Shown piece after piece: positions 18,425 through 28,838 of a DNA stretch of 64,000 nucleotides. Source of the stretch: Bacteroidota bacterium (GTDB lineage Bacteria; Bacteroidota; Ignavibacteria; UBA10030); contig JBEKNC010000010.1 of NCBI GenBank assembly GCA_049523215.1, positions 663-64,662 on the forward strand, written 5' to 3'. Position 1 is the first letter of the stretch. The number at the start of each line of letters is the position of its first letter. Under the pieces are notes generated by a model. The model was not told the DNA's origin. It did not search any database and worked only from the letters and a program-made list of their open reading frames with translations. The position numbers were made by a program, and so were the translations under genes.

Positions 18425-19091
18425 ATTTCGCAACATTTTTCTTCTTCAATTCTAAAAATCCAATAATAAAATCCAAATCATCAATAGTAATATTTGTCGG
18501 CAATGAAAATTCAAATTTATTTCCACTCGGAAGCTCAAAATTTTGCATTAATCCATGTGCCTGTAGAATCGTTGACACATTTTTTGTTTCTTCGCTCGGC
18601 TGTTTAACATCGTCTCTCAATGTCAAACTAAAATGCGACTTGGGACTAATGGCTTTAAAAGAATTAACCACAAATTCATACCAATAAGTAACGCCATCCC
18701 TGTCAATTCCTAACGATTTTAATAAAACTTGTTTTAATGTATCTGATTCTGGTGGCAACTTGGCATTCGGATAACGACCGAGAAGTTCTTGCAATACATC
18801 AACTTTATCAAAGGCTTTGTGAATGGCTTCTACATCTTCTCCAGCAACGGGATTAACAATTTGGACGGCAAGGTCTGTGAGCTGAATATGTTCACCTTGC
18901 TTATTCAATAAACCAAAGGTTTGAAGTGCGGCGATCCTTCGCGGGAAATAACTACTATTCTTACTTGTATTCAAAAGTTTCGGATCAAGAGAATCCATGT
19001 TGAATCGTTGATTAGCATGAATGACATAAATATCTTTGATAATCCTGATTGCGTCATTTAAATCAAGTGCAGGTGGATATTTAGTTGGCAT
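18423..19091 (-). CDS. Hypothetical protein, possible winged-helix fold (passenger)
   Basis: 222-aa ORF with SD AAAGGAG and its own promoter. Confidence 0.75.
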   Translation of the reverse strand: MPTKYPPALDLNDAIRIIKDIYVIHANQRFNMDSLDPKLLNTSKNSSYFPRRIAALQTFGLLNKQGEHIQLTDLAVQIVNPVAGEDVEAIHKAFDKVDVLQELLGRYPNAKLPPESDTLKQVLLKSLGIDRDGVTYWYEFVVNSFKAISPKSHFSLTLRDDVKQPSEETKNVSTILQAHGLMQNFELPSGNKFEFSLPTNITIDDLDFIIGFLELKKKNVAK

Positions 19092-19124
19092 CTTCGTTCT
19101 CCTTTATGTTATTCTTATTGATAC

Positions 19125-19153
19125 AATATAATACACGAATATATAAAAGTCAA
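19125..19153 (-). promoter_or_regulatory. Promoter for the 222-aa gene and probably the transposase
   Basis: TTGACT-N17-TATATT on minus strand. Confidence 0.75.
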
Positions 19154-19215
19154 GTACAAAATACAAATACTTGTATTTATTTATAGATGTGTGCATAAGA
19201 CTGGTTTTTGCTGGT

Positions 19216-19244
19216 TTGACAGAGCGCGCGAAAAGGTGTACTAT
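19216..19244 (+). promoter_or_regulatory. Promoter for the toxin-antitoxin operon
   Basis: TTGACA-N17-TACTAT. Confidence 0.75.
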
Positions 19245-19344
19245 CATGTGTAACAAAATGCACAGAATGTGGCTCCATTTTGTGCGTCGTTCTTTTACAT
19301 AAAAAATTCCGTCTATCATAGTACCTATTCAGAACGATGCTAAC

Positions 19345-19392
19345 AATTAACGCACAACGGATGAAGAATTAACGCACAACAGATGAAGAATT
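19345..19392 (+). repeat. 22-bp tandem repeat in the TA leader
   Basis: AATTAACGCACAAC(G/A)GATGAAG twice with one mismatch, plus AATT. Confidence 0.9.
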
Positions 19393-19401
19393 GAGGAAGA
19401 T

Positions 19402-19656
19402 ATGGAAAATGCAATGATAAACGAAAAAAGCCGGTTGAATTTAAACACAACCGGACTAAGCGAAAAAATGAATTTATGGGCGGAAGAACTCAATATGACT
19501 GCCACCGAACTCGTGCGTAAGGCATTAAGCGATTTCATTGACAGATTGGAACGAAATAGGCGTGAGCAGGAATTAGCAGAGGCTTGTCGGAATTACCGTG
19601 AATTCAACAAGAAGTTTTCCTCTGAGTGGGCACGATATGAGACGAGGATTAAATGA
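19402..19656 (+). CDS. Ribbon-helix-helix antitoxin (MazE/NdoAI-like)
   Basis: Beta strand-helix-helix pattern (MTATELVRKAL); 4-bp overlap with the toxin gene. Confidence 0.8.
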   Translation: MENAMINEKSRLNLNTTGLSEKMNLWAEELNMTATELVRKALSDFIDRLERNRREQELAEACRNYREFNKKFSSEWARYETRIK

Positions 19657-20006
19657 GTCATGTTCAAAGAGGGGAAGTATATATGGTTAAACCCGATCCA
19701 AGTATCGGTAAAGAACAGAAGAACAAAAGACCCTGTGTCGTGGTATCTTCAAATATAGTCAATTCAACTGCGGGGCTTATTGTTGTTTGTCCTGTCACAG
19801 AGGGGCTTGGATTGCAAGCCGATATAATTCATATTTCGTTGAATAAGGGTGAGGGTGGCTTAACAAAGGACTCTATTATTTTGTGCGATCAAATAAAAGC
19901 AGTAGATGAGACGCGAATAATAGAAAAGCTGGGCAATCTAAGTGGGGGAATCATGCAAAAGATAGACACCGCCTTGTGTGATATCCTAAATCTTCATAAG
20001 AATTAG
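19653..20006 (+). CDS. mazF: MazF/PemK endoribonuclease toxin
   Basis: RGEVYMV..DPSIGKEQ..KRPCVVVS, SIILCDQIKAVD. Confidence 0.93.
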   Translation: MSHVQRGEVYMVKPDPSIGKEQKNKRPCVVVSSNIVNSTAGLIVVCPVTEGLGLQADIIHISLNKGEGGLTKDSIILCDQIKAVDETRIIEKLGNLSGGIMQKIDTALCDILNLHKN

Positions 20007-20026
20007 CGTTACGATATATACCACGA

Positions 20027-20052
20027 TAAAGCCCCATTTGTGAGGGGCTTTA
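20027..20052. terminator. Bidirectional terminator
   Basis: TAAAGCCCC / GGGGCTTTA between convergent ORFs. Confidence 0.7.
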
Positions 20053-20304
20053 TTGTTTAATTAAAACGGTTTGCACTTCCCCATTTTCCACAAACAACGC
20101 ATATCCATTCGGCACAATTTCACCTTTTCTCACATCCCGCACTACCACATATCTTTCCCGCTTTTCAACGTGCCGATCTTTAGGGTTTCTGTGAACACAG
20201 GTAATATACCACTTATCCCCGCCGTTCATCGTTCGAGCAAAAGAGATAGCTTCACTCTTAGATAAGCTGTTGCTAATAGCGAACATTAATGTTTTATTTT
20301 TCAT
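20050..20304 (-). CDS. Small hypothetical protein (passenger)
   Basis: 84-aa ORF ending at the terminator; protein-like composition. Confidence 0.55.
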   Translation of the reverse strand: MKNKTLMFAISNSLSKSEAISFARTMNGGDKWYITCVHRNPKDRHVEKRERYVVVRDVRKGEIVPNGYALFVENGEVQTVLIKQ

Positions 20305-20338
20305 ATTATTGATGTATTAGGGCTTGGTTAAAAAATAA

Positions 20339-21196
20339 ATGAGCACAATAAAAAGACAAAAGAGAAATAAAAAGGAACAAGACAGCAATCTTCCTGTTTC
20401 TCTTAAAGATGAGTCCCAAAAACTTGAGGACAGAGAAAATCCCGAAAACATTACCGCTATTGAAGAATACAAAGCTCAGTCCGTAATAAAACCCATATTT
20501 ATTCCCAAAGAGACTCTTTTCGTCGAAGAAGGAAGATTTGAGAAAGTTAGAATTGCCCTTGAAATCATTGTTACAATTGTTGGACTCGGAACTCTTTGGT
20601 GGTTCATTCAATCCAGCGCAACTCAACACGCCGATTCTGTCAATGCTCTCAAATTGGCTAAAGAGTCCTCTGATTCTTCCGATATAGCCACAAAAAAATC
20701 TATTGCTCTTGCTGAAAGTTCTTTTGTCGCTACAAAAAAGAGCTTGCAACTTGCTCAAAGGAATTTTCAAATCGAAAATAGACCTTACGTGGGAATAAAA
20801 AATATTACTATTGATTCTTTGGAAGTTGGCAAGAAATATGTTATCAAAATCTTTTATCAAAACTTTGGGAAAATTCCAGCGCAAAACCTGATAATCACCG
20901 GCATAGGAGAACCACATACCATTAGGGAATATAATATTTTTAAATATGATACGACCATAGGAAGTATAGCTGTTGTGCCGCCCTCGGAAATTCTCTTTGC
21001 TACCCTTGTTAGTGATGGTAAGTTGACTAACGAAGAGATTGATAATTTTAGGAGGGGAAATTGGTATCTTTATGTTTATGGTATGATTACATATTCGGAT
21101 GTTTTCAATGGGAAAGACACTACAACATTTTGCTTCATGCTTGATTATTCCAGTAAAATGTTTTATGCTGGTCGCTATAATAACAGGATAAAATAA
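20339..21196 (+). CDS. Single-pass membrane hypothetical protein (passenger)
   Basis: Charged N-terminus, one TM helix, coiled coil, beta-rich C domain (ENRPYV...NFGKIPA). Confidence 0.7.
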   Translation: MSTIKRQKRNKKEQDSNLPVSLKDESQKLEDRENPENITAIEEYKAQSVIKPIFIPKETLFVEEGRFEKVRIALEIIVTIVGLGTLWWFIQSSATQHADSVNALKLAKESSDSSDIATKKSIALAESSFVATKKSLQLAQRNFQIENRPYVGIKNITIDSLEVGKKYVIKIFYQNFGKIPAQNLIITGIGEPHTIREYNIFKYDTTIGSIAVVPPSEILFATLVSDGKLTNEEIDNFRRGNWYLYVYGMITYSDVFNGKDTTTFCFMLDYSSKMFYAGRYNNRIK

Positions 21197-21280
21197 TATG
21201 AGCAAACCCAAACCAATAATTAGAACCGAAGTTAGAAACCCGACAAACCCAACCCCGCCCTTACCCCTATATATGGATCC

Positions 21281-21296
21281 AAAGTAGCCCACTACC
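21281..21296 (-). repeat. Right terminal inverted repeat
   Basis: AAAGTAGCCCACTACC. Confidence 0.92.
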
Positions 21297-21304
21297 CTTA
21301 AGTG
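21297..21304. repeat. Right target-site duplication CTTAAGTG
   Basis: Identical to 16516-16523. Confidence 0.9.
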
Positions 21305-21389
21305 TGGTAAGTAGGAAGTGAAAGGAAAAAAGCAGAAATTAGAGAGAAATTCTTTTATCTTTATCATACATAAATAGTTGAGAGTGAAT

Positions 21390-22013
21390 ATGGTTGCCTC
21401 AAAGCCATTGCGAGTTGTGATTGCAGATGATCAGGAGTCGATGAGTGCTATCATCCGGCGCCAGTTAGTGAAGATCGGACATGTGGTGATAGGAAAAGCA
21501 ACAAATGGACGGCAAGCAGTTGAAATGACACAGTTGCTGCAACCCGACATTGTGCTGATGGATATTGAGATGCCGGAAATGGACGGTCTGGAAGCAGCTC
21601 GATTGATTCATGAACAATGTCCTCGGCCCGTTGTGCTCCTCACCGGACATGATGATCCGGAGATGGTGCGCAGGGCGAGCCAATCAGGGGTCGGTGCTTA
21701 TCTCATGAAACCACCAAGCGCACCGGAAATTGAGCGGTCAATTATTATTGCAGTCGCACGGTTTGCCGATCTCATGGAACTGCGTCGATTAAATATTGAA
21801 TTGCAATTGGCTCTCGACAATGTCAAAGTGTTGAAAGGGCTACTTCCCATCTGTGCGGGCTGTAAGAAAATTCGCGATGATAAAGGGTACTGGGAAGGTG
21901 TGGAAACCTACATCAAGAAACATGCCAACGTAGAATTTTCTCATGGACTTTGTCCTGAGTGCTTAACTCGATTATATCCAGAGTACAAACCGAAAAAAAC
22001 TGATATGCCATGA
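21390..22013 (+). CDS. Response regulator with C-terminal Cys-rich (CxxC...CxxC) domain
   Basis: VIADD, VLMDIEMPEMDG, YLMKP; LPICAGCKKIRDD...SHGLCPEC. Confidence 0.88.
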   Translation: MVASKPLRVVIADDQESMSAIIRRQLVKIGHVVIGKATNGRQAVEMTQLLQPDIVLMDIEMPEMDGLEAARLIHEQCPRPVVLLTGHDDPEMVRRASQSGVGAYLMKPPSAPEIERSIIIAVARFADLMELRRLNIELQLALDNVKVLKGLLPICAGCKKIRDDKGYWEGVETYIKKHANVEFSHGLCPECLTRLYPEYKPKKTDMP

Positions 22014-22279
22014 TGCGTAATGTGCGTATTGGACTGGCAAGTCATTTGTTTAACTACTATTTATAATTTTTCCGATGTGAAAGGGAAGAAAATATATGAA
22101 AGGCTCGTCTCTGATTATGACGTGTCTTTGTTGTTTGTTTGTCCATACAAGTAATTAGTATTTGCTTTCTCTTCATTCCTTTGTAGGGTATTCCCTACAA
22201 CAATTTCATCGATTCTCCACTATTGTTTTTCCTCAAATCACTATAAGATATCATCAGTCAATTAGCTGTAATCTCATAA

Positions 22280-23677
<1,398 letters not shown>

Positions 23678-23773
23678 CCCGCGATACTGATATTTTAAAG
23701 ATCGAAGTGACCGTCACTTTCGAGTTTCCTCGCGGAAAGGGTGGCGGTCACTGAGATATGTGGGCGTGGATAT

Positions 23774-26751
23774 ATGGAAAAACATGTTGATCCGATCGTC
23801 AATCCGATAGACCCACCCTCAGTTGAATACGGGTATGGAAATCTGTTCTATGGTATCCAAAACCCAATGCGGATCCGCATCAGCAATGTTCTGCTTGTCT
23901 CCAGTCTCTATGATTTGTATCTCTTCGAGGAAGAAGGCCGCCTCTATGAGTTGAATCGCGGTGAATACGAGGGACTGAACCTCAGCCAATCACCGGAACT
24001 CACATGTGTTTCAAGCGGCAAGGAAGCGATGGTGCTTGCCAAGGAAGAGCATCGCTTTGACCTCATTCTCACCACACTGCATATTGATGATATGGAAGCA
24101 ATCGATTTTGCACGGATGGTGAAGCAATCCGGATTGAATATTCCCGTTGTGTTGTTGATGCACGATAATCGCGAACTCAAACATTTTATCGTGAGTCACG
24201 ATACTTCGATCTTTGACAAGATCTTTATCTGGCAGGGTGATTTTCGAATTATCATCGCGATTATCAAATTTCTTGAAGATCGATTGAACGTCGAACACGA
24301 CACACAGACAGTGGGCGTGCAGTCGATTATAGTCATCGAAGATAACGTCAAATACTATTCATCGTTTCTCCCCATTATTTACACAGAAATTCTGAAGCAA
24401 TCTCAGCGGTTGATCTCAGAAGGCATAGATCTCGGCCATAAATTTTTACGGATGCGTGCAAGTCCAAAAATTCTTCTGTGTAGCACCTATGAAGAAGCAT
24501 GGGCATACTACAAACGATACAAGAAGTTTTTACTCGGAATCATTTCCGATGTAGATTTTCCCCGTCAGGGAGTTCAAGACCCGCGTGCCGGTATCGATTT
24601 AGTGAAGACTGTACGTGGAGAGAAACCGGATTTACCGATTCTTCTCTTTTCAAATGTTCAAGAGAACCAGCAGCTAGCTGAAGATATTGGCGTATCGTTT
24701 GTCTTGAAAGAATCGCCGATGTTGTTGCAGGAACTTCAGCAGTTTATGGTATATCACTTCAGCTTTGGTGATTTTATTTTCCGCATGCCGGATGGAACAG
24801 AAGTCGGCCGCGCAAACGATATGAAGAGCTTGGAAGAAATGCTGAGAGTGGTGCCGGAAGAAAGTGTTCGGTATCATGCAGATCGGAATCATTTCTCCAG
24901 TTGGCTCAAAGCGCGTACGGAATTCTGGCTCGCCGATAAAATACGTCCGCGGAAAGTGACTGACTTTCCCAATCTTGAAGCATTACGAAAGGACCTCGTC
25001 CGATCCCTTCATCATTATCGCAATTTATGTCAACGTGGTATTGTTGCGAGCTTTTCAAAGGAAACGTTTGGTTCTGAAACAAGCTTTGCCCGTATTGGCA
25101 GCGGTTCACTCGGTGGAAAAGCTCGAGGACTCGGATTTGTCGATATGCTTCTCAATGACTATAATGTGCGGAATCGATTCAAGAAAGTGAATATATATGT
25201 TCCTTCAGCAGTTGTTCTAGGTACTGAGGTCTTTGATAAATTCTTGAAAGAAAACGACTTACGTGATTTTGCATTAACATGTAATGACGATCGGGAAATC
25301 ACTAAGCGGTTCCTTCTCGCAGAAAAGTTTCCTTCTGATATCTTGGCAGAACTTGCTTCATTTTTAGATCTTGTTCATATGCCATTAGCAGTTCGTTCAT
25401 CAAGCATGTTAGAAGATTCTCAATATCACCCTTTTGCGGGTGTATACGAAACATACATGATCCCTAATGCACATCCGAATTCATTGGTGCGTTTGAACGA
25501 CCTTCTTAACAGCATTAAACGAGTGTATGCTTCTACGTTCTATCAAAGCGCAAAAGAATATATTCGTGTCACATCATATCGCTTTGAAGAAGAAAAAATG
25601 GCGGTCATCATCCAATGTCTTGTCGGTAAAGTACATGAGAACAGGTATTATCCTGATATTTCCGGTGTAGCAAAATCATATAACTTCTATCCGATGACAC
25701 CACAGAAATCATCGGATGGAACAGCGTCTGTTGCACTGGGACTCGGGAAATGGGTGGTCGATGGTGGTAATACGGTACGATTTTGTCCGAAATATCCAAA
25801 AGATATTGGTCAGTTCTATTCCGTTAAAGAGACACTGAACACTTCCCAGAGATCATTTTTCTCGCTGGCACTTGATGCGAATTCCGATTTTGGAACCGAG
25901 ACTCATGATATGCTGGTGCAGCAGCATGAATTGGATGTCGCCGAGAAGGATGAGACACTGCAATCTGTCGGTTCAACCTATCTTCCGGAAAATGATGCCA
26001 TCTATAACGGTCTGAGCCGAAATGGCTTACGCGTCGTAACCTTTGCTCCAATTCTCCAAAATAATTTGGCGCCATTAGCAGAAATCGTCGAGTTGTTGCT
26101 TGATATGGGTGTTTGGGGGATGGGAACTCCAGTTGAAATTGAATTTGCGGTCAATCTCCATACATCCAAACAAAAAGTTATGGAGTTTGCATTACTGCAG
26201 ATGAGACCGTTTGTGATATCGAAGATGTTGACCCATCATCGCTCTTATGTCGGAGCAGTCAGGTATTAGGTCATGGATTGGTTGAGGGTATTTACGACAT
26301 TGTTGCCGTTGATTATCAACTTTTTAATAGGGCTGCAAGCCGGGAAGTGGCGGCGGAAATCGCTGCATTCAATGCTCAACTAATCAGAGAAAACAAGCCG
26401 TATCTGTTAATCGGTATCGGAAGATGGGGTTCACTCGATCCGTGGCTCGGTATTCCTGTAACGTGGGAGCAAATCTCAGGTGCGAAAGCAATTATCGAGA
26501 CCGGCTTTAAGGACATGTCGGTTACGCCCTCACAAGGTTCGCACTTTTTTCAAAATATTACTTCTTTTATGATCGGTTACTTCACTGTCGATGAGTCTCA
26601 ACAACAGGGATTTCTCAATTGGGATTGGCTGCTCAATCAATCGCCGTTAGAAAAAAAGCAATACACAAAATTATTCCGATTCGACAAACCTCTTATTGTC
26701 AAAATTAATGGACACCAGAACAAAGGGGTCATTCTGAAGCCGGAGGCATGA
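23774..26751 (+). pseudogene. Receiver / PPDK-like protein copy 2, frameshifted
   Basis: Collinear paralog of 13489-16470; frame changes at about 26215-26224, stop at 26269, homology continues in another frame to 26751. Confidence 0.85.
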
Positions 26752-26752
26752 C

Positions 26753-26941
26753 GTGACAAAAAATAAAAATATGTTCGATGCATGTCCTCACTGCGGTGAG
26801 AAACTCAGTCCATGGCAGCAAGTACTGCTAAGCGTTGACCGTGCATTGATGTGCAAGAATTGCTGGTACCGGATTCATTTGGATAGACATAAAGATACAG
26901 AAAAGTTGGATGATCAGTCCACACAGCAAGAGGAGGACTAA
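26753..26941 (+). CDS. Small zinc-ribbon protein
   Basis: CPHC...CKNC, tightly packed between neighbours. Confidence 0.65.
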   Translation: MTKNKNMFDACPHCGEKLSPWQQVLLSVDRALMCKNCWYRIHLDRHKDTEKLDDQSTQQEED

Positions 26942-26944
26942 GCT

Positions 26945-28192
26945 ATGCGTTCCTATAATTCATTTGATGTACTTCAACAACAGGTTGCTGAAGCAGCGAA
27001 AATTCTCAATCTCGATCAACCAACGACAGCCTTGCTGATGTGGCCGCAGAGGGAATTTAAGTTTACCATTCCGGTGCGTATGGATCATGGAGATGTGAAA
27101 GTCTTTCATGGATATCGCATCCAGTACAATTCTGCACGCGGCCCGGCAAAAGGCGGCATTCGTTTCCATCCGGATGAGACGGCGGATTCGATTCGCGCTC
27201 TTTCAGGATGGATGACATGGAAAACTTCAGTATTGGATCTTCCGCTTGGCGGTGCAAAAGGAGGAGTGGTGTGCAATCCGCGTGAAATGTCTGAACGAGA
27301 GTTGGAAAATTTAGCTCGCGCATATGTTCGTGCCGTGGTTCAATACATTGGTGTTGATAAAGATGTGCCTGCGCCTGATGTCTATACCAATCCACAAACG
27401 ATGGCGTGGATGATGGACGAATATGAAACATTGATGCAGGTTCACCACCCGGGCGTTTTTACAGACAAACCGCAGCAAATTGGCGGCACCGAAGGTCGTC
27501 GTGATGCAACAGCACGCGGCGGCGTTGCGGCTGTCCACGAGGCATGTAAGGTTCTTGGTGTTGATCCAACAGGTACGTTTGCGATTCAAGGATTCGGCAA
27601 TGCAGGTCAGCGCACCGCTTTGTTGCATCCTGAACTTCTTGGCGGCGGGAAACTTGTAGCGGCATGCGATTCACGCGGCGGTATCTTCAATTCGGATGGA
27701 TTAAATACAAAAGAATTGGTAACACATAAATTAAAAACGGGATCTGTAGTTGGATTTCCGGGTGCGAAGAACATTCCGCGGGATTCTGTCCTCGAGTTGG
27801 ATGTGGATATTCTCTATCCGGCCGCATTGGAAAATTCTATCAATGAAGACAATATGGAACGCATCAAAGCAAAAATTGTCTGCGAGCTTGCTAATGGTCC
27901 TACGACCCCTGAAGCAGATCTGGTCCTTCATAGACGCGGTATCCATGTTATCCCTGATATTCTTGCCAGTGCTGGCGGAGTCACGGTATCATACTTTGAG
28001 ATGGTACAAGATAAGAGTTCCTTCTTCTGGGATGAAGCCACAGTTCATGCACGACTTGAAGAGAAAATGAGAAAGGCATACCACACAGTTCAAGAAGCGA
28101 TCCGTGATAAAAAAGTCCACCCGCGGCTGGCAGCAATGGTCGTTGGTGTAGCGCGTGTTGCGGAAGCATGTAAGCTGCGCGGCTGGGTGTAA
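26945..28192 (+). CDS. Glu/Leu/Phe/Val dehydrogenase (third GDH, different subfamily)
   Basis: GPAKGGIRFHP, LGGAKGG, DVPAPDV, GFGNAG, ELANGP. Confidence 0.92.
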   Translation: MRSYNSFDVLQQQVAEAAKILNLDQPTTALLMWPQREFKFTIPVRMDHGDVKVFHGYRIQYNSARGPAKGGIRFHPDETADSIRALSGWMTWKTSVLDLPLGGAKGGVVCNPREMSERELENLARAYVRAVVQYIGVDKDVPAPDVYTNPQTMAWMMDEYETLMQVHHPGVFTDKPQQIGGTEGRRDATARGGVAAVHEACKVLGVDPTGTFAIQGFGNAGQRTALLHPELLGGGKLVAACDSRGGIFNSDGLNTKELVTHKLKTGSVVGFPGAKNIPRDSVLELDVDILYPAALENSINEDNMERIKAKIVCELANGPTTPEADLVLHRRGIHVIPDILASAGGVTVSYFEMVQDKSSFFWDEATVHARLEEKMRKAYHTVQEAIRDKKVHPRLAAMVVGVARVAEACKLRGWV

Positions 28193-28396
28193 ACAATCGT
28201 TGTTGATGCTTCAATTTAACAATTATTCATTGGTTTTTTAGTTACATGAAAGTCGTATAACTCTATCTGCTTGCCTTGATGGGCTCTACCGGCCTGTCGC
28301 CTCGGACAGAAAATGCTCGTTGTTTATTGTTACTTTCTCTGAATTCTACTACCTTTTATCAGCATAAGTTTTCAGCGAATAACATTGGAGCGACGC

Positions 28397-28786
28397 ATGT
28401 CTACAACTCCTCAAAACTCTCTGCCGGACAAACCATACGCGGTTGAATATTATTATAAAACTGCATGGGGACATGCAGATGAGTTCATTCGGTTGTACAA
28501 GAAGAACCATTATCCTGTCTTGAAAAAGCAAATGGAAATGGGACGAATCCTGAAGATCACCTTGGTGAAACCACGCTTTCATGCAACCGAAGAAGGACGT
28601 TGGGACTGGAGGGTAACAATTGTTTGGAAAAATATCCAAGTGACTGATGATGGTTTTAGCGAAGAAAGCCTTAGCCGCCAACTTTTTTCCGATCAAGAAA
28701 CATTTAAGAAAGAAGAACAACGGAGATTTGAAATATTACTCGGTCACTGGGATGTACCAATCATCAATATTGATTTGGATAAATGA
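28397..28786 (+). CDS. Conserved hypothetical protein (dimeric alpha-beta barrel-like)
   Basis: Protein-like 129-aa ORF; SD GGAG. Confidence 0.65.
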   Translation: MSTTPQNSLPDKPYAVEYYYKTAWGHADEFIRLYKKNHYPVLKKQMEMGRILKITLVKPRFHATEEGRWDWRVTIVWKNIQVTDDGFSEESLSRQLFSDQETFKKEEQRRFEILLGHWDVPIINIDLDK

Positions 28787-28838
28787 AAAATGAAGACGTA
28801 AGACCCTTTGATAACGTGCTGTATGAAGGAGAAGAGCC

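Larger units (their letters stand above)
16524..21296. mobile_element. IS1-family transposon with passenger genes (4773 bp)
   Basis: Perfect 16-bp terminal IRs GGTAGTGGGCTACTTT, 8-bp TSD, internal DDE transposase, AT-richer cargo. Confidence 0.9.

Noticed and set aside
18364-18687. 107-aa plus-strand ORF
   Set aside because: Crosses a terminator and overlaps the 222-aa gene; no RBS.
19345-19392. CRISPR-like repeat
   Set aside because: Only two adjacent units with no spacer; no cas genes in the window.
21198-21287. 29-aa Pro-rich ORF ending inside the right IR
   Set aside because: Too short to support; possibly a captured gene fragment.
22034-22050. sigma54-like site upstream of gdhA2 (TGGCAAGTCATTTGT)
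   Set aside because: The conserved -12 GC is GT.
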